From Dictyostelium discoideum (lineage: Eukaryota), in contig CM000154.2 of assembly GCA_000004695.1 (NCBI GenBank), forward strand, positions 4,128,001-4,192,000: 64,000 bases of DNA. Reading direction: 5' to 3'. This document shows positions 12,410 through 29,763 of this stretch, one piece after another. The translations under genes were made by a program, and so were the position numbers. The notes below the pieces were generated by a model. It had not been told where the DNA came from. It made no database searches and saw only the letters and a list, made by a program, of their open reading frames with translations. The stretch's first letter is position 1, and every line of letters begins with the position of its first letter.

Positions 12410-12600
12410 TCTTCAACAATTAATATTTGAAGGTTTAAAATAATAAACCTCTCAAATCTTCTCATTTCTTTATAAAAATAACAACAATAAATTTGTTGGC
12501 ATTAATTTTATAAAACCCCAAATTAATCTGTTTTGGAACTTTATTTTTTTTTTTTTATTTTTTATTTTTTTAATAATAATATAATTGTTATATGTGAAAA
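12410..12600. repeat. dispersed duplicated segment, copy 2
   Basis: See copy 1. It lies 5' (in minus orientation) of the repeat fragment at 12128..12319, reproducing the order promoter-like segment then repeats seen in the parent gene. Confidence 0.6.
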
Positions 12601-12855
12601 GTAAAAAATTGTGTTGAAAAAATAAAAAAACAATGCTACCCATACAAATCCAAAACACCTTTTTTTCAACACAATGTTTTTTGATTATGCCATTATTCCA
12701 ACAAATCTGTTTGTTTTTTTTTTTTTTTTTTTTTTTCTTAAAAATAGAAATAAAAAAAAAAAGAATTAAAGAAAATATAGAAAAATGAAATAATTTAATA
12801 TAAACCAAAGATCACAATTGAAAATTAAAATTTGCACGGCATTTATTTCTAACCG

Positions 12856-12900
<45 letters not shown>

Positions 12901-12983
12901 TTATTTTTTAATTTTTATTTTTTTTTATTTTTTTTTTTATTTTTTTTATTTTTTGGTAATTTTGATTCCTGGGTCAAAAAAAG

Positions 12984-15263
<2,280 letters not shown>

Positions 15264-15281
15264 TAAATAGATTTAGGATTT

Positions 15282-15330
<49 letters not shown>

Positions 15331-15536
15331 GATTAATTTCTTTGTACAGTGTTAAAATATATAAAGAAATAATAGTTTATTGTATGTTTCTTTTTTTTTT
15401 TTTTTTTTTTTTTTTTCCCAAAAGCACCAGTTTTTTTTTTTTTTTTTTTTTTATTTACAAAAGATTATTTCGATGTTTTTTGGAAAAAATAAATAAAAAT
15501 AAAAAAAGAGGATGCAATACAATTGTTGAAAGGATT

Positions 15537-15733
15537 TTATCTCCATAATCCAAATCCTCTCCAACCACCACGACCACCAGATTGTGGAACATCATCAAAT
15601 GTACCACTACCACCAAAATTGGATCCACGTGAGTTCACTAATTCTGATTAAAAAAAAAAAAGAAAATAAGTAAATATAAATTTTTTTTTCTTTTTGTAGA
15701 TTTTATGAAATTACCATTGATTTGACAGTGCAT
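15537..15733 (-). CDS. putative 41-aa Gly/Arg-rich small protein (2 exons)
   Basis: Minus-strand exon 15733..15715 (ATGCACTGTCAAATCAATG), then GTAATT donor, a 71-nt intron and AG at 15645/15644. Exon 15643..15537 gives MHCQINELVNSRGSNFGGSGTFDDVPQSGGRGGWRGFGLWR*. The exon has about 45% GC, well above the surrounding sequence. Confidence 0.4.
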
Positions 15734-15762
15734 AGCTTAATTATTACTATTATTATATTTAC

Positions 15763-15807
<45 letters not shown>

Positions 15808-16191
15808 AAAAATAAAAAAAAATGAAAAAATGAAAAAATGAAAAAAAAATAATGAAAAAGATTTGTGATCAAAAGATATTTATTTTTATTAGTAATTTTT
15901 TTATTTTTTTCACCTAAAATTTTTTTTTTTTTTTTTTTTGACACAAAAAATCACTTTGTTTCGTTGAAATAATTTTTTCAAAATCACAAATAATTCTGCA
16001 AAGATAAACGTTAATTTTTTTAAAATAAAAAAAACAATGGTCACCACAACAAAACAACTCTAAAAAAAGATAATATGGGGTTTTTTTTTTTGGTTTTAAT
16101 TTTTTTTTTAAATTTTAATTGTAAGGTTTTTTAATTTTTTTTTTTAATTTTAATTTTAATTTTAATTTTAATTTTTACCCTTTTGAAACCG

Positions 16192-16230
<39 letters not shown>

Positions 16231-16313
16231 CAATAATAATTACAAAAAGATATAATTAATTTAAATATTTTTTATTTTAATTATTATTATTTTTATTTTT
16301 TTTTTTTTTTAAT

Positions 16314-17798
16314 ATGAAAAATATAATTATTTTTATTTTTTATTTTTATCTTTTATTTTTTAAAAATAAAGAATGTTATGGTCTTGAAATGACAATTTTT
16401 ATTGAATTTGATAGTGTTCAAATATATAACAATTTTGAATGTGGTGGGTCACTTGAAATTGAATTGAAAAATGGTACATTTTGGCAAAATAAAACAGATC
16501 AATATCCACCATGTAAATCATTTTATGATGCATCACAAAGAATTTCGCAGTATAATAATTATTTAAAAAAATATAGAAATGTGAAAACAATAGTTTTATT
16601 AAATTATGATTGGAAAAATGTAATTTTAAAACCATCTGCAGGATTTTATATTCAAAATAATTGTTTCTTTCAAATTAAACTTTTAAATGATACAAATTCA
16701 AATACAATTTCAATTGATGGTCAAAATTTAAATTATTATATTGCGTTTATTACAATTGATTTTAATGTAAATAATGAATTATATTGTGATGATGGTGAAC
16801 AACCACCACAACAAACACAACCACCACAACAAGAACAACAAGAACAAATAATTATACCAGTAAGATTTAAATTAGAAAATTTTAAATTAATAAATTTTGA
16901 TAGTGAATTCATATTGGTTCAAAAAAGTTATAAAGAATTTAAATTTAAAAATAAATATCAGTTTGTTTCATTTCAATTAAATTCAATAATTACAAGTAAA
17001 TCAAGTTTTTTATATGAAAGTACTTTACATGATGATGATTTTCAAATTCAATATTTAATAAATGATTGTCATTTTTCAAATAAATCTAGTGAAAATGGTT
17101 TTATAATATTAGGACATGACCCATTCATTATTAATAATTGTACATTTAATAATATAAAATCAGGATTACCAATTATATATATTGATAATTTATCAATTAC
17201 CAATTGTTCATTCAATAATATAATAGTTATTGGTAATAATAAATCTATCATTGAAGTTGCTAATTTTGGATCATTTAATAATATAAAATTTAATAATTTT
17301 ACAAGCCAAACATTATTATTACAATCATTAGATTCAATTACATATAATGAAAGTTCATTAAAATTATCAAATATTCAAATAAATAATAATAATAATAATA
17401 ATTTATTTAATATTAATTTTAAAAATGATAATAATTATTTTAATAGTTTTGTAGAATTAAACCAAATTTTTATAAATAATTCATTAAATAATTTAATTTT
17501 AATTTTAAATACATCAAAATCATTTATTATTGTTGATAATGATTCATTAAATACCTTTTTATTAAATTCAAAATTATTATTTAATGGTACAAATAATATT
17601 ATACTTTTAAATAATAAAAATTATTCAACTATTAAAGAACAATTAGAATTTATAAATAATTTAAATAACTGTACTAATTGTTTATTTTCAATAAATGGTC
17701 ATAATATTAGTACAACTATAATTAAAAAAGATTCTTCGGAGTTTAAATTAGATGGTGATTCATATAAAGAAAACAAAGGTTTTAATAAGATGTTTTAA
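16314..17798 (+). CDS. hypothetical secreted Asn-rich protein (494 aa) with a signal peptide and repeated NNI(K/I) beta-helix-like units
   Basis: Intronless ORF. The N-terminus MKNIIIFIFYFYLLFFKNKECYG is a typical signal peptide. Repeated CTFNNIKSG / CSFNNIIVIG / GSFNNIKFNNF units and many N-x-S/T sites. Confidence 0.6.
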   Translation: MKNIIIFIFYFYLLFFKNKECYGLEMTIFIEFDSVQIYNNFECGGSLEIELKNGTFWQNKTDQYPPCKSFYDASQRISQYNNYLKKYRNVKTIVLLNYDWKNVILKPSAGFYIQNNCFFQIKLLNDTNSNTISIDGQNLNYYIAFITIDFNVNNELYCDDGEQPPQQTQPPQQEQQEQIIIPVRFKLENFKLINFDSEFILVQKSYKEFKFKNKYQFVSFQLNSIITSKSSFLYESTLHDDDFQIQYLINDCHFSNKSSENGFIILGHDPFIINNCTFNNIKSGLPIIYIDNLSITNCSFNNIIVIGNNKSIIEVANFGSFNNIKFNNFTSQTLLLQSLDSITYNESSLKLSNIQINNNNNNNLFNINFKNDNNYFNSFVELNQIFINNSLNNLILILNTSKSFIIVDNDSLNTFLLNSKLLFNGTNNIILLNNKNYSTIKEQLEFINNLNNCTNCLFSINGHNISTTIIKKDSSEFKLDGDSYKENKGFNKMF

Positions 17799-17867
17799 CA
17801 AAGTTAGGTCTGTTTTGTTTTGTTTTGTTTTTTGTTGATTTTTTTTTTTTTTTTAATTAAAAAAGGC

Positions 17868-17958
17868 AGGAGTGGTGAGGGAAAAAAAAAAAAAAAAAGG
17901 GATGGGGGAGAAGAAGAAGAGGAGGAGGAGAGGTAGAGGTTGGGGTGGAGTGTAAAAA
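17868..17958. other. purine/G-rich island (GGA/GAG-rich) between convergent gene ends
   Basis: ggcaggagtggtgagggaaaaaaaaaaaaaaaaagggatgggggagaagaagaagaggaggaggagaggtagaggttggggtggagtg lies between the stop of the 16314..17798 gene and the stop of atg8. Confidence 0.7.
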
Positions 17959-18072
17959 AAAAAAAAAAATTTTAATTATTTAGTTAAGTTTTTTTTTTTT
18001 TTGTCCTTTGCTTCTGTTGTTTTTTTTTTTTCACCCTTTTTTCTTTTTTTTTTTTTTTCCCAACTTTTGATT

Positions 18073-18271
18073 TTAAATATCGGAACCAAATGTATTTTCA
18101 CCGCTATAGCAAATATATAAAAAGCCATCTTCATCTTTATGAGCGTCATATATTGAGGATAAAAGTTGACTTGATGGTGGTAAGTTATTCTTATTTACAA
18201 ATAAAAAAATTGCCTTTTGTTCATTATGATCGGAATCATCTAAATGTTTTCTAATTTCCATTATAAAATTC

Positions 18272-18317
<46 letters not shown>

Positions 18318-18775
18318 TAATTGGTTAGTATCCTACTTTTTTTTTTTTTTTTTTCCTATTGTACATACAGTTATGACCATATTTGATGGTGCAAGGAATT
18401 TCTTTTTATTAATATCTGGTACATCACTATTTGCAGCTCTTTCGACAATAATCTAAAAAAAAAAAAAAATAATAAAAAAAAAAATAAATAATAAAAAACA
18501 ATTAGACTATTTTGAAATTTAAAATTTAAAAATAATTTATAAATAATAATAATAATACACATACTGGTAATCTATCCTTATATCTATTTCTAATTTTTGA
18601 TGATATTAATTTTCTTTTTTCTGTTACAATAAAAAAAAAAAAAAAAAAAATGTATTAGTGTGTGGGAAATTTTTTTGGGTGGATAATAATAATAATAATA
18701 AAAAAAAAAATAGAAAAAAAAAAAATACATACCAAGAGAGTACTCTTGTTTGAATGATTTTGAAAGTAAGGCCAT
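18073..18775 (-). CDS. atg8: Atg8/GABARAP/LC3-family ubiquitin-like autophagy protein (126 aa, 4 exons)
   Basis: Exons 18775..18733, 18620..18565, 18452..18369 and 18270..18073. Donors are GTATGT x3; acceptors are acAG, tttAG and aatAG. Spliced product: [126 protein letters not shown]. It aligns to the Atg8 consensus (FEKRK…RIPVIVEKAE…KYLVP…KAIFLFVN…LPP…[15 protein letters not shown]) with the scissile Gly followed by 3 residues. It is divergent, possibly the atg8b-type paralog. Confidence 0.9.
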
Positions 18776-19057
18776 ATTTATATAGTTTTTTTTTTTTTTT
18801 TTTATATTTACAAATTTTTTTTTCTTCTCTTTTCTTTCTTTTTTCTTTTTTCTTTTTCCTTTTTTTTAGTTTTTTTTTTTTTTTTTTTTAATTTTTAAAT
18901 TTCAAAAAAAAAAAAAAAATAAAAAAATATATTTATATATCCTAAATTATTGTTTTATTATTGTTGAATTTTTTATTTAATGGTTTCTAAATTTTATTTA
19001 AAATATATATTACTATTATTTTTAATATGACAAGAAGACAATAACAAAAAATATAAG

Positions 19058-19090
<33 letters not shown>

Positions 19091-20103
19091 TTTTAAAAAC
19101 CCCCAAAAAAAAAAAAAATAAAAATAAAAATAAAAATAAAAATAAAAATTAAAAAAAATTAAAATTAAAATTAAAAAAATTAAATTTAAGAAACACCCAA
19201 ATTTTTAAAAAACAAAATATCACCTATTTTTTTGAAATGAGAGGATGTTATCAGATAAATTCAATTTTTTTTTTTTTTTTTAAAATATAAACTAATAATA
19301 ACAATGTGGAATAATACACACTATGACACCAAAATAATAAAACCCAGGGTTAAAAACAACATTTATTAAATATAATAATAATGTTTTTTTTTTTCTTTTT
19401 ATAGTTTTTTTTTTTTTTCTTTTTATAGTTTTTTTTTTTTTTTTCGATCAATCAAAAAAATAACAATAGAAATAAAATTTTTTTTTTTTTTTTGGTAAAA
19501 CGAGGAAATTATTCAAAATTTATTATAATTATTTTATTCAGAGAAAAAAAAGATTTTTTTTTTTTTTTTTGAATCATTTCTAAAACATATAATCTTTTTT
19601 TTTATTTTTTTATTTTCAAATTATTATTATCCTAAAAATAACTAATTTTATTATTATTGTTTTATATTTTATTTGTTTTTTTTATCTGTTTTTGGATTTT
19701 TTTTTTTTTTTTTTTTTTTAAACTGATAAAATTTAAATTGGTTAGATTTTTTTTTTTTATTTTTTTTTTTTAATAGTTATTTTTATTATAATTTTTTATT
19801 TTTATTTTTTTTTTTTTTTATTTGTTATTTTTACTATAATTTTTAATTTCAAAAAAAGTCTTTTTTCAAAAAAAAAAAAAAAAATTTCAAAAAAAAAAAA
19901 AAAAATAAAACTTTTTTAATAAAGATTAACTACCCCCTCCCCACAGCACCACAACAAACGAATAAGAAATTAAAATAGAAACAAACACACAGAAAATAAG
20001 CTAAAAATAAAAATAAAAACAAAAAACAATAAATACATATAAAATAAAATAAAATAAAATAGAGATAAAAAAAGGATACTTTATGTAATTGTAAATTTAC
20101 ATA

Positions 20104-22968
<2,865 letters not shown>

Positions 22969-23098
22969 TAATAATCAATAATAATATATTTTTAATAAAA
23001 TCTTTTTTATTTATTTAACAAATTATTTATTTACTTGGTTTTTAGAATATTCGGACATCTATTATTTTTTTTATTATTTTTTATCTTTTTATAACTTT

Positions 23099-23800
23099 TT
23101 ATAACTTTTTACCTGCTCTTGATAAATAACGAGCTAATAATGGTACAGTGATTAAAGTGAGTGGAGTACGAACTACTGTTGAAATTTTTGTACAAGCAAA
23201 TGCAACAGCAAATGCACCTAAACTTGGGTTAACAGCATTACGTGGAATATGTAAAAAGTCAAGTGCATTGTTGATATCAACACCTGATGAGAATAATACA
23301 TAGAAACTACCCATTGTTGCGAAATAAATACCAAAATGAACTATTAATGCCAATTTACCATATTTGCTAAACATATATTTAATTTTTTCACCTGTACTTA
23401 ATTTTTTTAATTTCTCTTTTTCATCAATACCATCATCATCATCGTCGTTGTCTTTTTTATTCTCTTTTTCATTTTTTTTTTCATTATCTTTTTCATTATC
23501 TTTTTCTTGTTTTGGTGAATTTGGTAAATTTGATGATGATGAGAATTTTCTAATATTTGATACTATTGGTAAAATTGAATTATTTGAAAATAATGATATA
23601 TTATTATTATTTAATTTATTATTTTTATTAATACCAATACTTGTATTAAATAAAGATTTGTTATTATTATTTTCATAGCACAATGGTGTAATAATTTTAT
23701 TACTATTATTATTATTATAATTTAATGGTTTATTTGAAAAATTTCTATATAAATAATTTGTTTTAACAAAAGTGTTAAATGTTCTAATTGATTTTAACAT
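23099..23800 (-). CDS. putative mitochondrial membrane protein with a C-terminal DUF1279/FAM210-like domain (233 aa)
   Basis: Intronless ORF. A presequence-like N-terminus (MLKSIRTFNTFVKTNYLYRNF), an acidic KDNEK repeat linker, and a C-terminus EKIKYMFSKYGKLALIVHFGIYFATMGSFYVLFSSG…PLLARYLSRAGKKL resembling the FAM210/DUF1279 fold. The family assignment is from memory. Confidence 0.55.
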   Translation of the reverse strand: MLKSIRTFNTFVKTNYLYRNFSNKPLNYNNNNSNKIITPLCYENNNNKSLFNTSIGINKNNKLNNNNISLFSNNSILPIVSNIRKFSSSSNLPNSPKQEKDNEKDNEKKNEKENKKDNDDDDDGIDEKEKLKKLSTGEKIKYMFSKYGKLALIVHFGIYFATMGSFYVLFSSGVDINNALDFLHIPRNAVNPSLGAFAVAFACTKISTVVRTPLTLITVPLLARYLSRAGKKL

Positions 23801-24367
23801 TTTTTTTTATTTTTATTTTTTTATTTTTCAAAATGAATAACAACAAACGGGTTAATAATAAAAATAATAAAAAGATATGAAAAAAATGAAAAAAAAAAAA
23901 ATTTTTATTTTAAAAAAAATAAAAAAAAAAAAATTAAAAATAAAAAAAAATTAAAGTAAAATAAAAAATCTCAATTTCGGAATGATTGCGTTTTGAAATT
24001 CAATTAAAAAAAAAAAAAAGAAATTAGGTCATTAAAATTCTCTTAACCAAATTTTAATTATTATTAATATTTTTATTATTATTGTTATAAAAAAATTATG
24101 AATTTTTTCCAAAAATAAAATAAATAAAAAATAAAATACATATCTTTAATTTACAATTATTTAAACATTTTTTATTTTTTTGTTTATTATTTATTTTTTT
24201 ATTTTTATTGTTGTAATTAAAATTATTTTAAAAATAATTCAAATTTGCCCACTTTTTGTAATTTAGTATATTTTTTATTGGAATTCATATAAAATTAATA
24301 TGAACGATTTTTGCAATAATTAAAATATTTAATTTTTTTTTTATTTATTTAAATTTATTTTTATTTA

Positions 24368-26173
24368 TTATTTTTTAAATATATAATATTTTAACTTTAT
24401 ATAGTTATAATAAATTGAAAAATTATTTTTTAAAAAGTAAGGACATAATGTTGTACAATTTGTTTCAATTACAATTTTATAAAGTGAAGGATGATCTTGA
24501 ATGGTTAAAAGTAGGGATTGAATATGATCTTGAGTTATATCATTTGAAGTTAAAAGTGTTAATGTTTTCAAAGTTGTATTTGTTGAAAGGGAATTTAAAA
24601 TTTGAGAAAATTCTTGTTTACCAATTGAAGCCTTTAAATTTTCAATTGAACCATTTCTATCATTTGTTAAGAGTCTAGAGATAAAAGTATTTACAAACAA
24701 TCTATTATCATTCAACAATACCAATTTCTTTAAATTTCTTGATTTACCAGAGATATTATTAATTAAATTGTCGATCTCTAAAAGTTGACAACATTTTAAA
24801 TGAGCTTGATAATCCAAAGTCAATGAGGTTAATCGATTATTTTCACTTATAAAACTTGTGAAAACTGGTGTATTAATTCTCAACTTTTTTAAATTTACTT
24901 TCTCTTGAAATAAAAACTCTATAAACTCCCTATTGAATACCCTTGACATATCATCCGATATGAAATCAATTGACAAAGTTTCCAAGGTTTTCTCTTCTTG
25001 TAAATACTTTTGAAATGAACCAATATTAAATTTCTCTTGATCAACTACATTAAAGAAAACTATTGATAATGATAAATAAAGTGATCTTAATTTTGGTAAC
25101 CTTGATAAACCTGAAAAAAATGCTTCACTTGAAATACTACTAAATAAATTTGAATCATCAAATATAATAATTAAATCCTTTAAATTATTTAATCTATTAT
25201 GATGTAATGAACAAACTAATTCTTGTAACATAAAAATTGATACTGATTCTAAATGTAATGATTTTAAATTTGAAACATTTTTTGATGAAATATATGATCT
25301 AATACATGTTGTAGTTGGAGTTGTTGATGGTGATGGTGATGGTGCTGATGATGGTGTTGTTATTACTCCCGATCCCAATGATGACGATGACGATGAGGAT
25401 GATAATGTACATTTTTGAAATGTTGATGATAATAATTGTGGAATTGTAGTTGTTGACATTACAACAGGTAATTTAATTTGAATTTTATCAGATCTACCAC
25501 CATCTTCTTCTAAAAATAATAAAGAGAATGATTCTAATCTTAAATTATTTAAACATTTATTTAATTGAGATAATGCCTTAAAACAACATTTTCCATTAAA
25601 TTGCACTGAAACATTTTTAATGGTATCAACACTTGAAAATAATAATGCTAAATCATTCTCTTCCATACTGTATCCATTATATTCTAATTCAATTGATTCT
25701 AATGCTGAAAATAAACATCTAATAGCTGATACTATATTAAAAGATGAATTGGTGGATGTAGTAGTAGTACTTGCAACAGCAGTAGTAGTAGTAGAATTAT
25801 TATTATCATATGATTGTTGTGATAATAAAGGTATTCTAAATAATCTTTTAAAATCATTTGTTGAGATTTGAATTTTCTTTGGTGAAAATCTAAACAATGT
25901 GAATTTATTTAATTTATAGTGATAAAATATATTTATATCTTTTTCTAAAGTCATTGTTTCTTCTGATCTTGTTAAATCTAAATTTTCACTACAATACATT
26001 GATATGAAATAATGGAATCTCCAAGACACTAATGATAATGAAATTTTCCATCTTCTACAACTATATGTATCTCTCCAACAAAATCCAACTATTATCTTTT
26101 GTATTAAACAATTGTTTAATATATTTTTTATATTTAAATTATGTAATTCTTTTGATGATAATTGACATTTAAA

Positions 26174-26208
<35 letters not shown>

Positions 26209-26242
26209 TGTTATTATTATTATTTTGTATATTAAAATCCAT
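24368..26242 (-). CDS. hypothetical leucine-rich protein (624 aa), possibly F-box/LRR-like
   Basis: Intronless ORF with an N-terminal poly-N tract. The W-rich segment FCWRDTYSCRRWKISLSLVSWRF is followed by irregular L-rich repeats (LKSLHLESVSIFMLQELV, LRSLYLSLSIVFF). Confidence 0.55.
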
Positions 26243-27255
26243 ACTACTGCTGTCGCCTACATTGTTACAAATATTTAGAGATTGAATTTTTGGTTGATTT
26301 AATTTGATATTTAAAATATATATATATAATTAAAAAAACAATAATAATAATAATAATAAAAAGAATTTATTATTATTTTTTATTGTTTTTTTGTTTTTAT
26401 TTTATTTTATTTTATTTTATTTTGTTTATTATTTATTATTTCTTTTTTTGTAAATTTTTTTTTTTTGACAGAATTATTATTATTATTAATATTATTATTG
26501 TTCTTGAGAAAATGGGAAAATGGGAAATTTTAATTTTTTTTTATTTTTTATTTTTTATTTAATAACTAAAAATATATTAAAAAAAAAAATAATAATAATA
26601 AAATAATAATAATTTATTATTATTATTATAATTATTAAAATATGACAGTATTGTATTACAAATATATGTGAAAATAAGAAAGGAAAAAAAAAAAAAAAAA
26701 AAAAAACAAAAAAAAAAAAAATTTATAAAATAAAAAATTCGAAACCCCTTCTGGAACCTGTTTAAAAACCAATTTTTATTTTTATTTTTTTAAATTTTAA
26801 TTTTTTTTTTTTAAGATTTTTTCGAGACTATAAAAAACCAATTGTTTTTGTTTTAAATCACCAATCCCATTTATTTATGGGAATAATTTTTAATTTTTAT
26901 TTCCAGAATTAAAAATAATAATATTAAATTTACATTTCGTATTTGAAAAATGCAAATTAACTCATTATTATTATTATTTTTCTATTTTATTTTTATTTTT
27001 TTGCAAATTGTTTAAGATCAATTTGGATTTTCTTTCTCGAATATTCATTTTCTCAAATATAAAACAATAAAAAAAAAAAAATAATAAAAATTAAAAAAAA
27101 AAATAAAAAAAAAAATAAAAAATAATGTGATGATTTTAAATCAAACCAGATTTTTTTTTTTTTACTTCAGAAGAAAGTTCTGAATTTAAAACCTAATTTT
27201 AGTATTTTCCCTAAAAAGAAAATTTAATATTATTTTAATTTAACAAACCACCTTC

Positions 27256-27290
<35 letters not shown>

Positions 27291-27505
27291 AAAAAACCTT
27301 CAAATTCTGAATTGTTCTGGCACTGTTTTGGAACCAATTGATTATTTCCTTTTTTTTATTTTATTTATAAATTAAAATCATTTTTATATATTTTAATATT
27401 TCCTTATTATACAACACTACTTTTTATTTTAAATATTTTTTTTTTTTTAATATTTCCCAAATTTTGATAGCCTTTTTTTTTTTTTTTTTTTTTTTGATTG
27501 TTTTG

Positions 27506-27543
<38 letters not shown>

Positions 27544-28072
27544 TTCCCCTTTTATGTGCCTTGTGTTTTTCTTTTAACCTGATTGGGATAACGCCTTTTT
27601 TTTTTTTTTTTTTTTTAATTTAAAATTAAATTAATATTTTTAATTTTTTAATTTTTTTCTAAGTTTTTCTTCCCACACGCAATTACAATTGTGTTTTTTT
27701 TTTTATTTTTTTTTTAATTTTTTTTTAATTTTTTTTTTTTTTTTTTATTTTTTTTTTATTTTTTTTTTATTTTTTTTTTATTTTTTAATTTTTTTTTTTT
27801 TTTTTTGGTTTTTTTTTTTATATTTTTTTTATATTAATAAAAAACTTAAATGTTTATTTAATAAATAAGATATTTCTTTTTATGCATTCAACACTAATAT
27901 CATAGTGCTCAAAATCAAAACCAATAAAACTTAAATAAATATAATTTTAAAAAATAAAATAAAATAAATAAAAAAAATAATCATCACGATACCCTTTTAT
28001 AATATTACGTAAAATTTTCACATATAAAATTACAAATCTTTAAAAATAAAAAATAAAACAAATTAAACAAAA

Positions 28073-29022
<950 letters not shown>

Positions 29023-29354
29023 CCCTTTTTTTTTTTTCTTTAAACCTATTTATAAAATAAAAAAAAAAAAAAAAAAAAAAATATTTAAAAAAAAAAAAAA
29101 AATCAAAAAAAAAAATTATAATTTATTGTTTATTTTATTTTTTATTATTGTTTTTTTTTTTTTTGATCTTCATTTTTACCAAAATCATAAGATTTTTACA
29201 TTATTACTATTACCCACTCCCCCTTTTTTTTTTTTAATTTTAATTTTAATTTTATTTTTATTTTTAATTTTTATTTTTCAATTAATATTTCCAAATTTTT
29301 TTTTTTTATTAATTTTTATTTTTTATATTTTTTGTTTTATTTTTTTTTTTTTTA

Positions 29355-29723
29355 ATGCAAAGAGTTTTAAATAAAATTATTTCAAAAGATACAATTAATA
29401 CTATGGGTAAAGTAGCAATTTCTAAAAAAGTTGAAAAACTTAGAACCTTTATGAAGGATCAATCATTATCAGCCTATATTGTACCAAGTGAAGATGCACA
29501 TCAAAGTGAATATATTTGTGTTAAAGATAAAAGAAGAGAATATATTAGTGGATTCAGTGGTAGTGCTGGTTGTGTTGTAATCACATTAGATAATCAATTA
29601 TTATGGACTGATGGTCGTTATTGGTTACAAGCTGAAAAAGAATTAGAATCAAATTGGAAAATAATGAAAGATCGTGTTGTTGGTGAACCAACAATTCAAG
29701 ATTGGTTATTATCTGTAAATAAT

Positions 29724-29763
<40 letters not shown>

